A DNA stretch of 64,000 bases from positions 97,705 through 161,704 of IMG/VR virus record IMGVR_UViG_3300020394_000003. One strand, given 5' to 3'. The notes under the pieces are model-generated. The model saw nothing but the letters and a program-made list of their open reading frames with translations. It was not told the DNA's origin and made no database searches. The position numbers were made by a program, and so were the translations under genes. Position 1 is the stretch's first letter, and every line of letters begins with the position of its first letter. The stretch is from a virus. Positions 38,493-48,248 of the stretch are shown here, piece after piece.

Positions 38493-41400
38493 TGTCAATT
38501 AAACAGCCAGCAGACTGGTCTGCACTTCTAGACGATATTAACGCCGTCGAGATCGAGGGTGCATTGATTCCGTTTGAAACGGGATTCACACAAACAGATC
38601 TCCAAGGAGTATCTGGCTGGGCAATATTATTTAGTCTTTGGTACGACAACGAGTTTGATGTAGAGTTTAATACAGAAATCCCTAGCAGGCTACAGTATGC
38701 AGCTCAGGCTGAATCAGTCTACATGAACAATGAAGTCTTCGACGAAGACTCAGATGATGATTCGCCAGCTAGTAGGATCTGGGCAGCGTGGGGTTATTTA
38801 GCCAGAAAAATATCCCAATGGCTCCCGGGGAATGCTTCCGCCTTGGACTGTCGCCACCCTTATCGTTCTGAAAAATCTGTAATGTCCAATAAGACCCTAG
38901 AGGACGTATGGAATACTGGTGGTACCCACTATGAGCTTGATCCCATCTGGCGCGGCGATCCGATGAATGACGAGCCTCTGTCGGCAGATGGTCTCAATAA
39001 CAAAGAAGAATGGCCGTATTCTCGTGCCAACCCACTGGCACGCGGCCGGGTGAACCAACTCGACCCGCCCAATTTCTGGGTTGTTGGTGGTGGCTCTTGG
39101 CCTGTAAACGGCCCCTATGAGTGGTCCAACAGAAAACTAGGAGACTCATCTTTCCATGACGCTCACGCTACAAGGCTCGACGCTGGTCACGCTATGTTAA
39201 CACCATGCATGGCTAATGGCCGAACTTCTGCCACCGTTGGCTGGACATTTGAAGAATACGCAAATCAAATTGAGCAGGATGTCCAATTTATTAGAAAGCG
39301 TGCTGAGATGGTGCAGGCACAGATCTCAGCGTTTGGGCTAGTATCAGAAGACGAAGATTTTAATGAAGATGACTTAGAAAGAATTGCCGAACTCCAAGAA
39401 GCCGCTCAAGATAGGGACCTAACTGCCGCAGAACAGGCAGAACTAGCGGGCTTATTGGAAGCAGTTGCTCCCGCTGGAATGACTGCCCGGGCAGAAGCGC
39501 AACAGCGTTTAGATGAAATGAGAGAAAATGGTGAAGCTGGTGAATTCGCCGCCGCAATGCGCGCTCAAGAGCAATGTTTTCTTATGGCAAAAATCATCGA
39601 AATGTCGAAGCTAAATATTGCCAAAAAACCAGAATACAGGGTTGATGGCGGGCCTGCAGCACACATGGTCCACGGAGAAATTGGAACACTGGTATCAAAG
39701 TTAATGCTAGACCCAGCATATTCAGCTTACTATTTCATGCCTCCAGATAAACTTTCTTATTTAACACCATCGATAAAACTATATCAGGTTCTCCATGAAT
39801 ATTATGAAAATCCAAATTCACAACAAGAATCACCGCTAGCAAAGCCGGTGGATTTTGAAGTACCGTTCTATCAGAACATAACACAGTATTCTATTGATCA
39901 AATTATGAATGGTCAAGAAGGTCGTGGTGGCCAAGTTGGAATTAAAAGTTTTGATTGGACCTATCAAGGGTCTAATCCTGCATCGTCTAGAAGAGATATT
40001 AAAGCAACACTAGTTTTGGAGTGTCAAAATTTTTCTGACATCACTTTGGATAGGACTGTTACACTTAAAGATGAAAATGGAGACGAGTTTACTCACAACT
40101 GGATGTACGCAGACTTAGCGATTCGAAGAAACCGAGATCACATGGCGGCTCCAAATTGTCTATACTCCCAGCTTAAGGTCGTTGTTGGTTGGGGCATCAA
40201 AGAAATTAGTGATGATGAAAGACAAGCTCTAAACTTTACTGATGAGGAAATCGATGCCATTCGCAACTCACAGATGACAATGTTTTTGACAATTATCGAT
40301 CACTCTTTCGATATCAGAGACGACGCTACAGTAGAATTTAAAATTGAATACCGCGCATACATCGAAGGAGCCTTTACTTCGCCCGAAGCAAGCGTACTGG
40401 TGACTCCAGAATTGTTGGAAAGCAAAAAGGAACGTGATGAAGCGCTTGCCTCCCTTCAGAGGGAACTACAGAATCCAAACGGCACCTGTCGTCCCGAAGA
40501 TATGGCAGAGCTTCGGAGAAGATTTACGCAGACAATTCAAAGAGAAAAAGAACAAGCTCACATGGCTCTATTGAGGGGTCTCGAAGGGGACACTCCTGAT
40601 GAATCTAAAATTTATGTACGCACCGTAGACCTAGGGGAGATGTTGCGATTTATGGACGCACCATTCTCAGGCGTAACACCTGTCCCAGAGGATCCTGATG
40701 ATACTAGCAGGACAGAATATACAGCAGAGTTGCCTCCCACAGATTCTAGCGGCAATGCTAGTACGACAGTGACTGATCCCAGAGCACCAGCCGATTATTT
40801 AGATCGCATTGAGGCAGCAGTTAATTTTCCTTCAACTGTAGATTTTAACAATCAGGAAAGCGAAACAACTGATCAAATGATGGAGTCGGTTTATGCGGAA
40901 GAAGAAGACGGTAAACTACAGATATGTTACTTTTTCCTAGGTGACTTGATTCACGTAGCGTTGAAAAATATTGATTCGGCCGATCCAGTCGTTGCGGGAG
41001 ACAATAAGAAGTTTGACAAGACGCGTCTGCTCCTAGGTCCGATTGAAGTTAGTGACTTCCAAGACGCTAATAAAAAATATCAAGTTAACTTAGCAGATGT
41101 TCCAATCTCAGTGAATTACTTTTTGGAGTGGTTCTTGAATAGAATTCAGGCAAAGCAAGAGGTTGTATGGTATTTGATGGACTTTATTAAAGACGTTGTT
41201 AAGAACCTAGTTTATAAAACATTAAACTCAAATGATTGTTTCGAGGGTGCAATTAGACAAAAAGCGAATTTTCAAAACCTTTATTTAGTGGGCTCTTCGG
41301 TGGGTGGAACAGATGACCCCATTCAGGAACTTATTGATGGCGGCTCTGGGCAGTTAACAAGTAAGTGGAAACGATTTTTTGCCTCTGAGGTCGACACCTA

Positions 41401-42034
41401 TGGCGCTGATACTCCCATTTTGTCGGTAGACAAATCTGATGAACCTATCCCGTCGACACAGCAGTATAATTACATTTTGATGTACGCGTCAGACCCACAG
41501 CCACGCAATCTTAGGGGTAACTTTGAAGAAGATCTCTACAGAGGCGTGTATCACTTTCACTTAGGAACCAACAGGGGACTAGTTAAGAGAATCAAATTTA
41601 CGAAAACAGACCAGCCTTACATTCGCGAAGCACGCTACATGAACCAAGGCTTTGATGGCTTGTCGCAATTACGCGAGCCTTATAAAATTGACGTAGAGAT
41701 GTTTGGTAATTCGCGTATTTTTCCGGGCCAGACTGTTTATGTTGATCCCCGCGGCCTAGGGTATGGTCTTGGTTCGCCGGCCGATGATACCTCTAAGGCA
41801 TGGTTACTCGGACTTGGAGGGTATCATATGGTTATTAATGCAACGCACACAATCGCCCGCGGCGCTTTTGATACAAAACTTAATTTGGTCTGGGTATTGC
41901 GTGGCTCAGAAGGCGGAGAAACTACGACTGGCGCCGATGGTTCAGAGACTCCGGCGAGACATACAACAAATTGTGAGCCACTTAATAATTATGGTGAGCC
42001 TAGTGGATACGATCCAGATGCAGCACAGGAATAA
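38492..42034 (+). CDS. Large baseplate hub protein (putative)
   Basis: Synteny after the LysM gene; C-terminal V.MFGN..IFPGQ.VYV and GGY.MV....H.I....F.T motifs typical of gp27/VgrG-like hubs. Confidence 0.6.
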   Translation: MSIKQPADWSALLDDINAVEIEGALIPFETGFTQTDLQGVSGWAILFSLWYDNEFDVEFNTEIPSRLQYAAQAESVYMNNEVFDEDSDDDSPASRIWAAWGYLARKISQWLPGNASALDCRHPYRSEKSVMSNKTLEDVWNTGGTHYELDPIWRGDPMNDEPLSADGLNNKEEWPYSRANPLARGRVNQLDPPNFWVVGGGSWPVNGPYEWSNRKLGDSSFHDAHATRLDAGHAMLTPCMANGRTSATVGWTFEEYANQIEQDVQFIRKRAEMVQAQISAFGLVSEDEDFNEDDLERIAELQEAAQDRDLTAAEQAELAGLLEAVAPAGMTARAEAQQRLDEMRENGEAGEFAAAMRAQEQCFLMAKIIEMSKLNIAKKPEYRVDGGPAAHMVHGEIGTLVSKLMLDPAYSAYYFMPPDKLSYLTPSIKLYQVLHEYYENPNSQQESPLAKPVDFEVPFYQNITQYSIDQIMNGQEGRGGQVGIKSFDWTYQGSNPASSRRDIKATLVLECQNFSDITLDRTVTLKDENGDEFTHNWMYADLAIRRNRDHMAAPNCLYSQLKVVVGWGIKEISDDERQALNFTDEEIDAIRNSQMTMFLTIIDHSFDIRDDATVEFKIEYRAYIEGAFTSPEASVLVTPELLESKKERDEALASLQRELQNPNGTCRPEDMAELRRRFTQTIQREKEQAHMALLRGLEGDTPDESKIYVRTVDLGEMLRFMDAPFSGVTPVPEDPDDTSRTEYTAELPPTDSSGNASTTVTDPRAPADYLDRIEAAVNFPSTVDFNNQESETTDQMMESVYAEEEDGKLQICYFFLGDLIHVALKNIDSADPVVAGDNKKFDKTRLLLGPIEVSDFQDANKKYQVNLADVPISVNYFLEWFLNRIQAKQEVVWYLMDFIKDVVKNLVYKTLNSNDCFEGAIRQKANFQNLYLVGSSVGGTDDPIQELIDGGSGQLTSKWKRFFASEVDTYGADTPILSVDKSDEPIPSTQQYNYILMYASDPQPRNLRGNFEEDLYRGVYHFHLGTNRGLVKRIKFTKTDQPYIREARYMNQGFDGLSQLREPYKIDVEMFGNSRIFPGQTVYVDPRGLGYGLGSPADDTSKAWLLGLGGYHMVINATHTIARGAFDTKLNLVWVLRGSEGGETTTGADGSETPARHTTNCEPLNNYGEPSGYDPDAAQE

Positions 42035-42040
42035 TGACAA

Positions 42041-43318
42041 ATGAAGGTTACTGATAACGAACATTTTAGGGGCAACAATAAGCTCACAGCAATGACCTCA
42101 TATTACTATAGATTATTGTATAGTGCTGTACATACGCCAAACACCAAATACAAAAAGATCAAAAAAAATGTTAAGAACTTTGAATATGGCGAGCATATAC
42201 TTTATGGCAGGGTAAAACCGTTCTCTCATATTCCTGTTATCATTAAAGAAGATAGACTAGCAGCACCCAAGAGGCAAGATCCGACTAAGGTTGTTCATGT
42301 GGCTAATTTTGTTGCTGATGCTTACGATGATTTCGTAAACTCATTTGAAACGGCACAATACAGGAACCAGATAAGCATGGAAGGAGGATTCCTCACGTCG
42401 CCAGTTGCTAGAAAGGGATATCAATCTCCAACGCAGCACTATCGAGCTTACAGCACAGCAGCATTTGAGGTGTTTCAAAAATACCTCACTGAAAATAGAC
42501 TTCACGGCAAGATAAAAGATTTCGATTCCTTCTATATTCAATTTCATAATTACTTTAAACTGTTCTGCAAGGCACTGCCCTTCACTCTGGAGGCTTTTCA
42601 CCGTAGCAATTTGAGTAATGTCAACATGACAGGTCTAGCAATCGATCTTGCTGAATTTGATGCTGCAGAAGACAAAATAAAAGTGGAAAGAGTGTTCTCA
42701 AACGTTAACTATCAATTTTACGAAAACGCCGCACTGCAGCATGGCTTCAGCATCGATAAAAACTGCCCATGGCGTATCGTCGCGGACCTAGGATCGCCAG
42801 CAATGTTACGTTACATGGCAAAATATAACATTAGGAATGCAACACGCCTTATGAATTCTTATTATGAACCGGCATACCTAGTAAGCTACAATGCTTTTAA
42901 GACAATGCTAGTAAACTACTATAACAACTATGCACGCAGCCGGCCAGAAATTGTCAAGCCTCGTAGAAATGGTCTGGGCGATTATGTAAGCAAGATTGAA
43001 ACCATCGAAACTGTGAGTATCTTTGATATGATTAGGGCTGGTGGAGAAAAGTATTTCCTAGAAAAATATGTAATATTTCGTAGCATGGAGGAGAGTGGAA
43101 TTTTCACAAAACAAAAGATAGTTCAGATTGTTGATCGCGCCATGGAGATAGCCAACATCCGAGGTATGGAGTCGGCACTAAAGTACATAAATGAAGCAGC
43201 TAGTAAAACCCCCCAACGCTCTGGCTCCATTGCATATCGTGCCAACAAGAACCTTAAGAAGGCTATAGAAAAAGAAGAGCAGTCCGACCTTGCTGCCCGG
43301 GGCAAAACAGGGTATTGA
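42041..43318 (+). CDS. Hypothetical protein (end of late region)
   Basis: 425 aa ORF; no recognisable catalytic motif. Confidence 0.7.
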   Translation: MKVTDNEHFRGNNKLTAMTSYYYRLLYSAVHTPNTKYKKIKKNVKNFEYGEHILYGRVKPFSHIPVIIKEDRLAAPKRQDPTKVVHVANFVADAYDDFVNSFETAQYRNQISMEGGFLTSPVARKGYQSPTQHYRAYSTAAFEVFQKYLTENRLHGKIKDFDSFYIQFHNYFKLFCKALPFTLEAFHRSNLSNVNMTGLAIDLAEFDAAEDKIKVERVFSNVNYQFYENAALQHGFSIDKNCPWRIVADLGSPAMLRYMAKYNIRNATRLMNSYYEPAYLVSYNAFKTMLVNYYNNYARSRPEIVKPRRNGLGDYVSKIETIETVSIFDMIRAGGEKYFLEKYVIFRSMEESGIFTKQKIVQIVDRAMEIANIRGMESALKYINEAASKTPQRSGSIAYRANKNLKKAIEKEEQSDLAARGKTGY

Positions 43319-43389
43319 TGTCAAAAACACGATCCCTCAAATTTTACCGCCGGCAAATTTTTGAGATTTTTGGTTTTTTCAAAAAAAAC

Positions 43390-43418
43390 TTGCAATCTTT
43401 GCTCGCATCAGTTAAGAT
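43390..43418 (+). promoter_or_regulatory. Sigma70-type early promoter
   Basis: TTGCAA-17 nt-TAAGAT with an A-tract upstream, just before the mini-polA gene. Confidence 0.7.
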
Positions 43419-43435
43419 AGTAGCAGAGGTGAGAA

Positions 43436-44635
43436 GTGTTATTCCAGACCCTAGATGATAAAAATGAATGTGTGGGTGTATATTCAGAGGGCTCTTTGAT
43501 CTACGGTGATATCCCAGATAATCTGACCAAAACTTGGTCATATGCACCGTATTTAGAGGCTGTTGATGTAGAATATGCAAGCCTGTATGGTCCAAGTATG
43601 AATATTGCCGAAATGTGCCCAGAACACCTACAGCCAGAATGGGATGCAATCGCTGCTAGACTGAAGGCTTATTACAAGTCTTTTAACACGGCCGGCGTTT
43701 GTTTGCAAGAAAATTGTTTTTTTGATCTTGTCCCTGATAGATATCTGATTGACTTGTGTGAAGTAAGAAATAAGATAACACAGCATGTGCTGGACAACCA
43801 TGAGAAACCAGCAAATTATCAGCATTTACTGCAGATTACAAAGTTGATTCATTCGATTTCGCAGCAGAAGCTCAAAGTTGTGCCATCGAACATAAAATCA
43901 AAAAGGGCGAGTTTGCAGGCAAGGAATTTTCTGAAAAAAATTTCAAAAAGCCAGCCGTATTGTAAATACGTTGTTAATGGTACAAAGACTGGCCGATTGA
44001 CAACAATGCCAAATAGTTTTCCAATTTTAACGATGAACAAGGATTATAGATCTGTCTTGGAGCCCCAAAATGATTGGTTTGTAGAATTTGATTTCAACGC
44101 GGCTGAATTAAGAGTCCTGTTGTCGCTAGTGGGCAGAGATCAACCTAATCAGGACATCCACAATTGGAACATTGACAATGTTTTTCGTGGAATCGGAACC
44201 AGAGAAGAGGCTAAAAAACGCGCCTTCGCATGGCTGTACAATCCAGAATCAGAAGACTCCTTGATGAATCGGTTCTACGACCGCGATGCAGTCCTAGGTC
44301 AATATTGGAACGGCACCCATGTCGAGACACTATACAACAGAGCAATCCCAGCAGATCGCTTCCATGCGCTAAATTATATTGTACAAAGTACCTGTGCAGA
44401 TATGGTGCTAGAGCAGGCATATAAGATGAGTAAAGTCTTAGATGGGAAGCGTTCTAGAATTGCATTCATAATTCATGACAGTGTAGTGGTTGATCTGGCG
44501 AATGATGAACGTCAGGACATAATCAAATTATTTAATGTTTTTTCTAATACAAGACTTGGCCAATTTATGGTAAACTGCAATGCAGGAAAAAACTTTGGAA
44601 ACTTGAGAGAGTTGAGGTTAAAATGGATAAGTTAA
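43436..44635 (+). CDS. Minimal family A DNA polymerase (polymerase core only)
   Basis: TKTGRLT, motif A DFNAAELR, motif B REEAKKRAFAWLY, NYIVQST, motif C IHDS; 399 aa with no recognisable exonuclease domain. Confidence 0.85.
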   Translation: MLFQTLDDKNECVGVYSEGSLIYGDIPDNLTKTWSYAPYLEAVDVEYASLYGPSMNIAEMCPEHLQPEWDAIAARLKAYYKSFNTAGVCLQENCFFDLVPDRYLIDLCEVRNKITQHVLDNHEKPANYQHLLQITKLIHSISQQKLKVVPSNIKSKRASLQARNFLKKISKSQPYCKYVVNGTKTGRLTTMPNSFPILTMNKDYRSVLEPQNDWFVEFDFNAAELRVLLSLVGRDQPNQDIHNWNIDNVFRGIGTREEAKKRAFAWLYNPESEDSLMNRFYDRDAVLGQYWNGTHVETLYNRAIPADRFHALNYIVQSTCADMVLEQAYKMSKVLDGKRSRIAFIIHDSVVVDLANDERQDIIKLFNVFSNTRLGQFMVNCNAGKNFGNLRELRLKWIS

Positions 44636-45468
44636 TAGGACTAGGATCTGCTGGCGTCAACATTGTTGATAAATTTGCACAGTATCCTCAATATAAGTGT
44701 TATCGATTTGATACTGATCTTGACGGACTTAAAAAAAACGGATATTACCTGATCGATGCGCAATCTGGTACAGAAGAATATGAGAAAAACTGTCCATCGG
44801 TAAAAAACTTCTTGAAATCCGCACGACCAGAGGTTACAATGGTGATGTCTGGGTGTGGAGAAATTTCTGGTATGTCGCTGTCGTTGCTAGAGCAGATACA
44901 GGATCGTAAAATTAACATATTGTATATAAAGGGGGGCGAGCGCCGACTCAGCGCAAGAGCCCGACTGACACAAAAGGCTACTTTTGGAGTATTACAAGAA
45001 TATGCCCGATCTGGACTTTTCAACTCTTTTAGTGTGGTTGACAATCGCGCCTTAGAACGCATCTTGGGCAATACACCAGTCATCGGGTATTACGATGCAC
45101 TAAACACGCTGTTGGTCAATACTGTGCACATGTTGAATGTCTTCGACAACACAAAGCCAGTTGTGTCAGATGTATCAAAGCTTTCTGAGATTAATCGGAT
45201 TAGTACCTACGGTATTTCAAAATTTGATGAAAAAAATAAAGAAAACTTGTTTTTTCCTCTTGACAGTGTTCGCCAAAAAAGGTATTATTTTGCTATCAAC
45301 AAAAAACAGCTGGAGGTCGACGGTGCTATAAACAATAAGATTGATGAATACTTAAACCAACCAAGCCATAAAGAAATTGATGTTTCTTATGGAATTTACC
45401 CTACAAATTATGAAGAAAATTTCGTATACTACAGAGTATACACCAACAAAGTTCAGGAACTAGAATGA
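44623..45468 (+). CDS. Divergent tubulin/FtsZ-family protein (PhuZ/TubZ-like)
   Basis: N-terminal IGLGSAGVNI loop, degenerate signature SGCGEISG, VVDN, Y..LN pattern. Confidence 0.7.
   Translation: MDKLIGLGSAGVNIVDKFAQYPQYKCYRFDTDLDGLKKNGYYLIDAQSGTEEYEKNCPSVKNFLKSARPEVTMVMSGCGEISGMSLSLLEQIQDRKINILYIKGGERRLSARARLTQKATFGVLQEYARSGLFNSFSVVDNRALERILGNTPVIGYYDALNTLLVNTVHMLNVFDNTKPVVSDVSKLSEINRISTYGISKFDEKNKENLFFPLDSVRQKRYYFAINKKQLEVDGAINNKIDEYLNQPSHKEIDVSYGIYPTNYEENFVYYRVYTNKVQELE
45260..45288 (+). promoter_or_regulatory. Sigma70-type promoter inside the tubulin-like gene
   Basis: TTGACA-17 nt-TATTAT. Confidence 0.7.
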
Positions 45469-45749
45469 AATCATACACAGGAACATTCACCAAAGCAGAC
45501 GGCTCGGCGCGCTCAATGCGGTTTGTACGGCTAGCAGATCTGCCCGATTCTTTTCTTGCGGAAAAGATCAAGGGGAATGATACGTCCGAAGCCCGACAAG
45601 CGGCCCGCCGAAAAATGCTGTCAGAAGGAAAAGAGACAGTTTGGGATTTGGATGCTAACAACTTTCGCATTTTCAACTGGAACACCACTGTGGATGACGT
45701 GGCAGAAATTGATATTGAAGATGCAAACTTTTTTAAAAATAATGCTTGA
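45465..45749 (+). CDS. WYL-like/SH3-fold small protein
   Basis: FTKADGSARSM...VWDLDANNFRIFNW pattern. Confidence 0.65.
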   Translation: MKSYTGTFTKADGSARSMRFVRLADLPDSFLAEKIKGNDTSEARQAARRKMLSEGKETVWDLDANNFRIFNWNTTVDDVAEIDIEDANFFKNNA

Positions 45750-45774
45750 CTTTTTTGTAAAGCAGTGTTATATT
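45746..45774 (+). promoter_or_regulatory. Sigma70-type promoter for ssb-recA
   Basis: TTGACT-17 nt-TATATT with extended -10 TG. Confidence 0.8.
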
Positions 45775-45837
45775 TAATGACAGAGGTTCGGAAGATTTGC
45801 CGAGCCTACTATAGCCTAGTGCAAAAGGAGAAAAACA

Positions 45838-46581
45838 ATGGCAATTGATATGAAAGCAATGCGCGCAAAGCTTAACGCGCTTAAGAATGGCGGAGGCAAG
45901 AATAATTTTTGGCGTCCGCAGGATGGGGATCAAGATGTTCGCATCGTAGCCCCAGAAGACGGTGATCCGTTCAAGGATTACTACTTCCACTATAACGTGG
46001 GCAACGCTAGTGGATTCTTATGTCCCAAGAAGAATTATGGCGATGACTGCCCAGTGTGTAATTTTGTCCGAGCCCTTTACGATGAGGGTACGGAAGAATC
46101 AGTAAAGATGGCGAAGTCTTTGACTGCTCGTCAGCGATTCTTTAGCCCGGTGCTCGTCCGTGGCGAAGAAAAGCAGGGAATTCGCATTTGGGGTTATGGA
46201 AAGACCGCATATGAGACCTTGCTGACCCTAGTCCTCAATCCTGATTATGGCGATATCACGGATGTTGAAGAGGGCACCGATCTCACGATCAACTATGGAA
46301 AGCCTGCAGGAGCGTCGTTCCCGCAGACTAAGATCCAACCGCGCCGCAAAACCAGCAGTCTAGTGGACTCTAAGGAGCATGCAGCTGAGTTGCTATCGAA
46401 CATTCCGGCCATCGACGGTCTCTTCGAAAAGAAGACTACGGAAGAAGTAGAGGCACTCCTAGACACCTTCCTCTCCGATGATCAGGATGCTGAGGAACGT
46501 TCTAGTGAAAGTCATCGCTACAATGGAACCGAAAAAGAAACTAGCAGTGTTGATGAAGCGTTCGACCAACTGCTGAGTTAG
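45838..46581 (+). CDS. Single-stranded DNA-binding protein (T4 gp32-like)
   Basis: FWRP, H...CP.....DCPVC zinc site, DITD..EG.DL, acidic tail ending DEAFDQLLS. Confidence 0.88.
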   Translation: MAIDMKAMRAKLNALKNGGGKNNFWRPQDGDQDVRIVAPEDGDPFKDYYFHYNVGNASGFLCPKKNYGDDCPVCNFVRALYDEGTEESVKMAKSLTARQRFFSPVLVRGEEKQGIRIWGYGKTAYETLLTLVLNPDYGDITDVEEGTDLTINYGKPAGASFPQTKIQPRRKTSSLVDSKEHAAELLSNIPAIDGLFEKKTTEEVEALLDTFLSDDQDAEERSSESHRYNGTEKETSSVDEAFDQLLS

Positions 46582-46667
46582 CGCGAGTGGCCCACAGGGA
46601 GGCACAGGGTTATCAGGTGCCTCACATTTTTATATAGTGTTTTATTTGCCAGATCTAGGAGTTTTTA

Positions 46668-47786
46668 ATGGCAAGAAGGAAAAAGACAACCGGTGCAGGA
46701 AAAATGTCTATTGCCGACATGCGCGCCATTATTAACAAGAAGGCTGGCATGGAAGTCGCCCACGACTTATCTGGCGACAACCCTACCGCCGTAAAAGATT
46801 GGATTCCCACTGGTTCAAGGTGGCTAGATTCGATCATCTGCAAGGGTCAACGTGCCGGAGTGCCAGTAGGTAAGGTTACAGAGATTGCTGGCTTAGAAGC
46901 TTCAGGAAAGTCCTTCCTAGCAGCACAAGTCGCAGCAAACGCTCAGAAGATGGGTATTGACGTTATTTACTTCGATTCAGAGTCTGCAATCGACCCCGCA
47001 TTCCTTGAACGAGCCGGCTGCGATGTGGATACACTGTTATATGTACAAGCTACATCCGTTGAGTTTGTTCTGGAGACTATTGAGGATCTTCTTTCAAACA
47101 ACGAAAACCGAATGCTCTTCATTTGGGATTCACTAGCCCTTACCCCATCTATCTCTGATGTTGAGGGTGATTTCAATCCACAATCATCAATGGCAGTCAA
47201 GGCCCGAATTCTTGCAAAAGGAATGAGCAAGCTTACGGTTCCGATTGCTAACTCGCAGAGCACGTTTCTGGTCCTCAATCAGTTAAAATCTAATATTACA
47301 CGATCACCGTCCGAAGCTCTTGTGACGCCCTACATGACACCCGGCGGCAAGGCGATGATTTATGCGTACTCCTTGAGAATCTGGCTCACAGGCCGTAAAG
47401 CCAAGGCTAGTTATATCACAGACGAAAAGGGTTTCCGAATTGGCTCAGAGGTAAAGGTAAAGTTGGAGAAGTCGCGTTTTGGAACACAGGGGCGACAATG
47501 CAACTTTAAGATTTTATGGGGCACAGATTCGGTAGGCGTTCAAGACAAAGAATCGTGGTTTGAGGCTATCAAGGGATCAGATCACATCAAGCAGTCTGGA
47601 GCATGGTTTACACTGGTGTATGCAGATGGAACAGAAGAAAGATTTCAAGCTTCAAAGTGGATTCAAAAACTTTCGAATGAAAAGTTTCACTCACGCGTCG
47701 AAGAGATTATGGATATCGAGGTCGTACAAAAATTTGACAGCAGAGAAGGATCTGCAGAAGATTTTTACGGTGAAAAGGACGAATAA
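46668..47786 (+). CDS. recA: RecA/UvsX recombinase
   Basis: IPTGS..LD, GLEASGKS Walker A, DSE.AID, WDSL, LNQL, TPGGKA. Confidence 0.93.
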   Translation: MARRKKTTGAGKMSIADMRAIINKKAGMEVAHDLSGDNPTAVKDWIPTGSRWLDSIICKGQRAGVPVGKVTEIAGLEASGKSFLAAQVAANAQKMGIDVIYFDSESAIDPAFLERAGCDVDTLLYVQATSVEFVLETIEDLLSNNENRMLFIWDSLALTPSISDVEGDFNPQSSMAVKARILAKGMSKLTVPIANSQSTFLVLNQLKSNITRSPSEALVTPYMTPGGKAMIYAYSLRIWLTGRKAKASYITDEKGFRIGSEVKVKLEKSRFGTQGRQCNFKILWGTDSVGVQDKESWFEAIKGSDHIKQSGAWFTLVYADGTEERFQASKWIQKLSNEKFHSRVEEIMDIEVVQKFDSREGSAEDFYGEKDE

Positions 47787-47816
47787 AAAAAAGTTTGTCT
47801 TTTTTTAAAAAACCGC

Positions 47817-47845
47817 TTGACTAGTTATTCTATAGATGCTATATT
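47817..47845 (+). promoter_or_regulatory. Sigma70-type promoter for the lipoprotein pair
   Basis: TTGACT-17 nt-TATATT with TG extension. Confidence 0.8.
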
Positions 47846-47868
47846 AATAACATAAAAGGAGAAACGTT

Positions 47869-48231
47869 ATGAAAACAAGCATTCTAATGGCTTTTGTAGC
47901 CTTAATGACTACAGGCTGTTTTTCGGCACATGCTCATGTGACCCCACCATCGGTTGTAATTACACCACCTCCGATCCCGCAGCCAGCTGTGGTTATCACC
48001 CCCGGTTCAGTGTCCATTCAGTGGCACTATGTATACATCGGAACAAGCTGGGTTCGTCGTGCAGGCCCTCCACCCCGTGGCGCGGTCTATCACGCTCACC
48101 CTAGGCACAGGCACTCTGTAATTGTACAGCGCTCGACAGCACACCGCGGTCATGTCCACCGCCCCGCACATCGAAGCTCTACTCACCGTAGTTCTGGTCA
48201 CAAGCACACCCATCGTCGCTCTACTCGATAG
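47869..48231 (+). CDS. Putative lipoprotein, Pro/His/Arg-rich
   Basis: Signal peptide MKTSILMAFVALMTTG-C; VVITP repeats; His/Arg tail. Confidence 0.7.
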   Translation: MKTSILMAFVALMTTGCFSAHAHVTPPSVVITPPPIPQPAVVITPGSVSIQWHYVYIGTSWVRRAGPPPRGAVYHAHPRHRHSVIVQRSTAHRGHVHRPAHRSSTHRSSGHKHTHRRSTR

Positions 48232-48248
48232 GGCATAGGAAAGAAACA

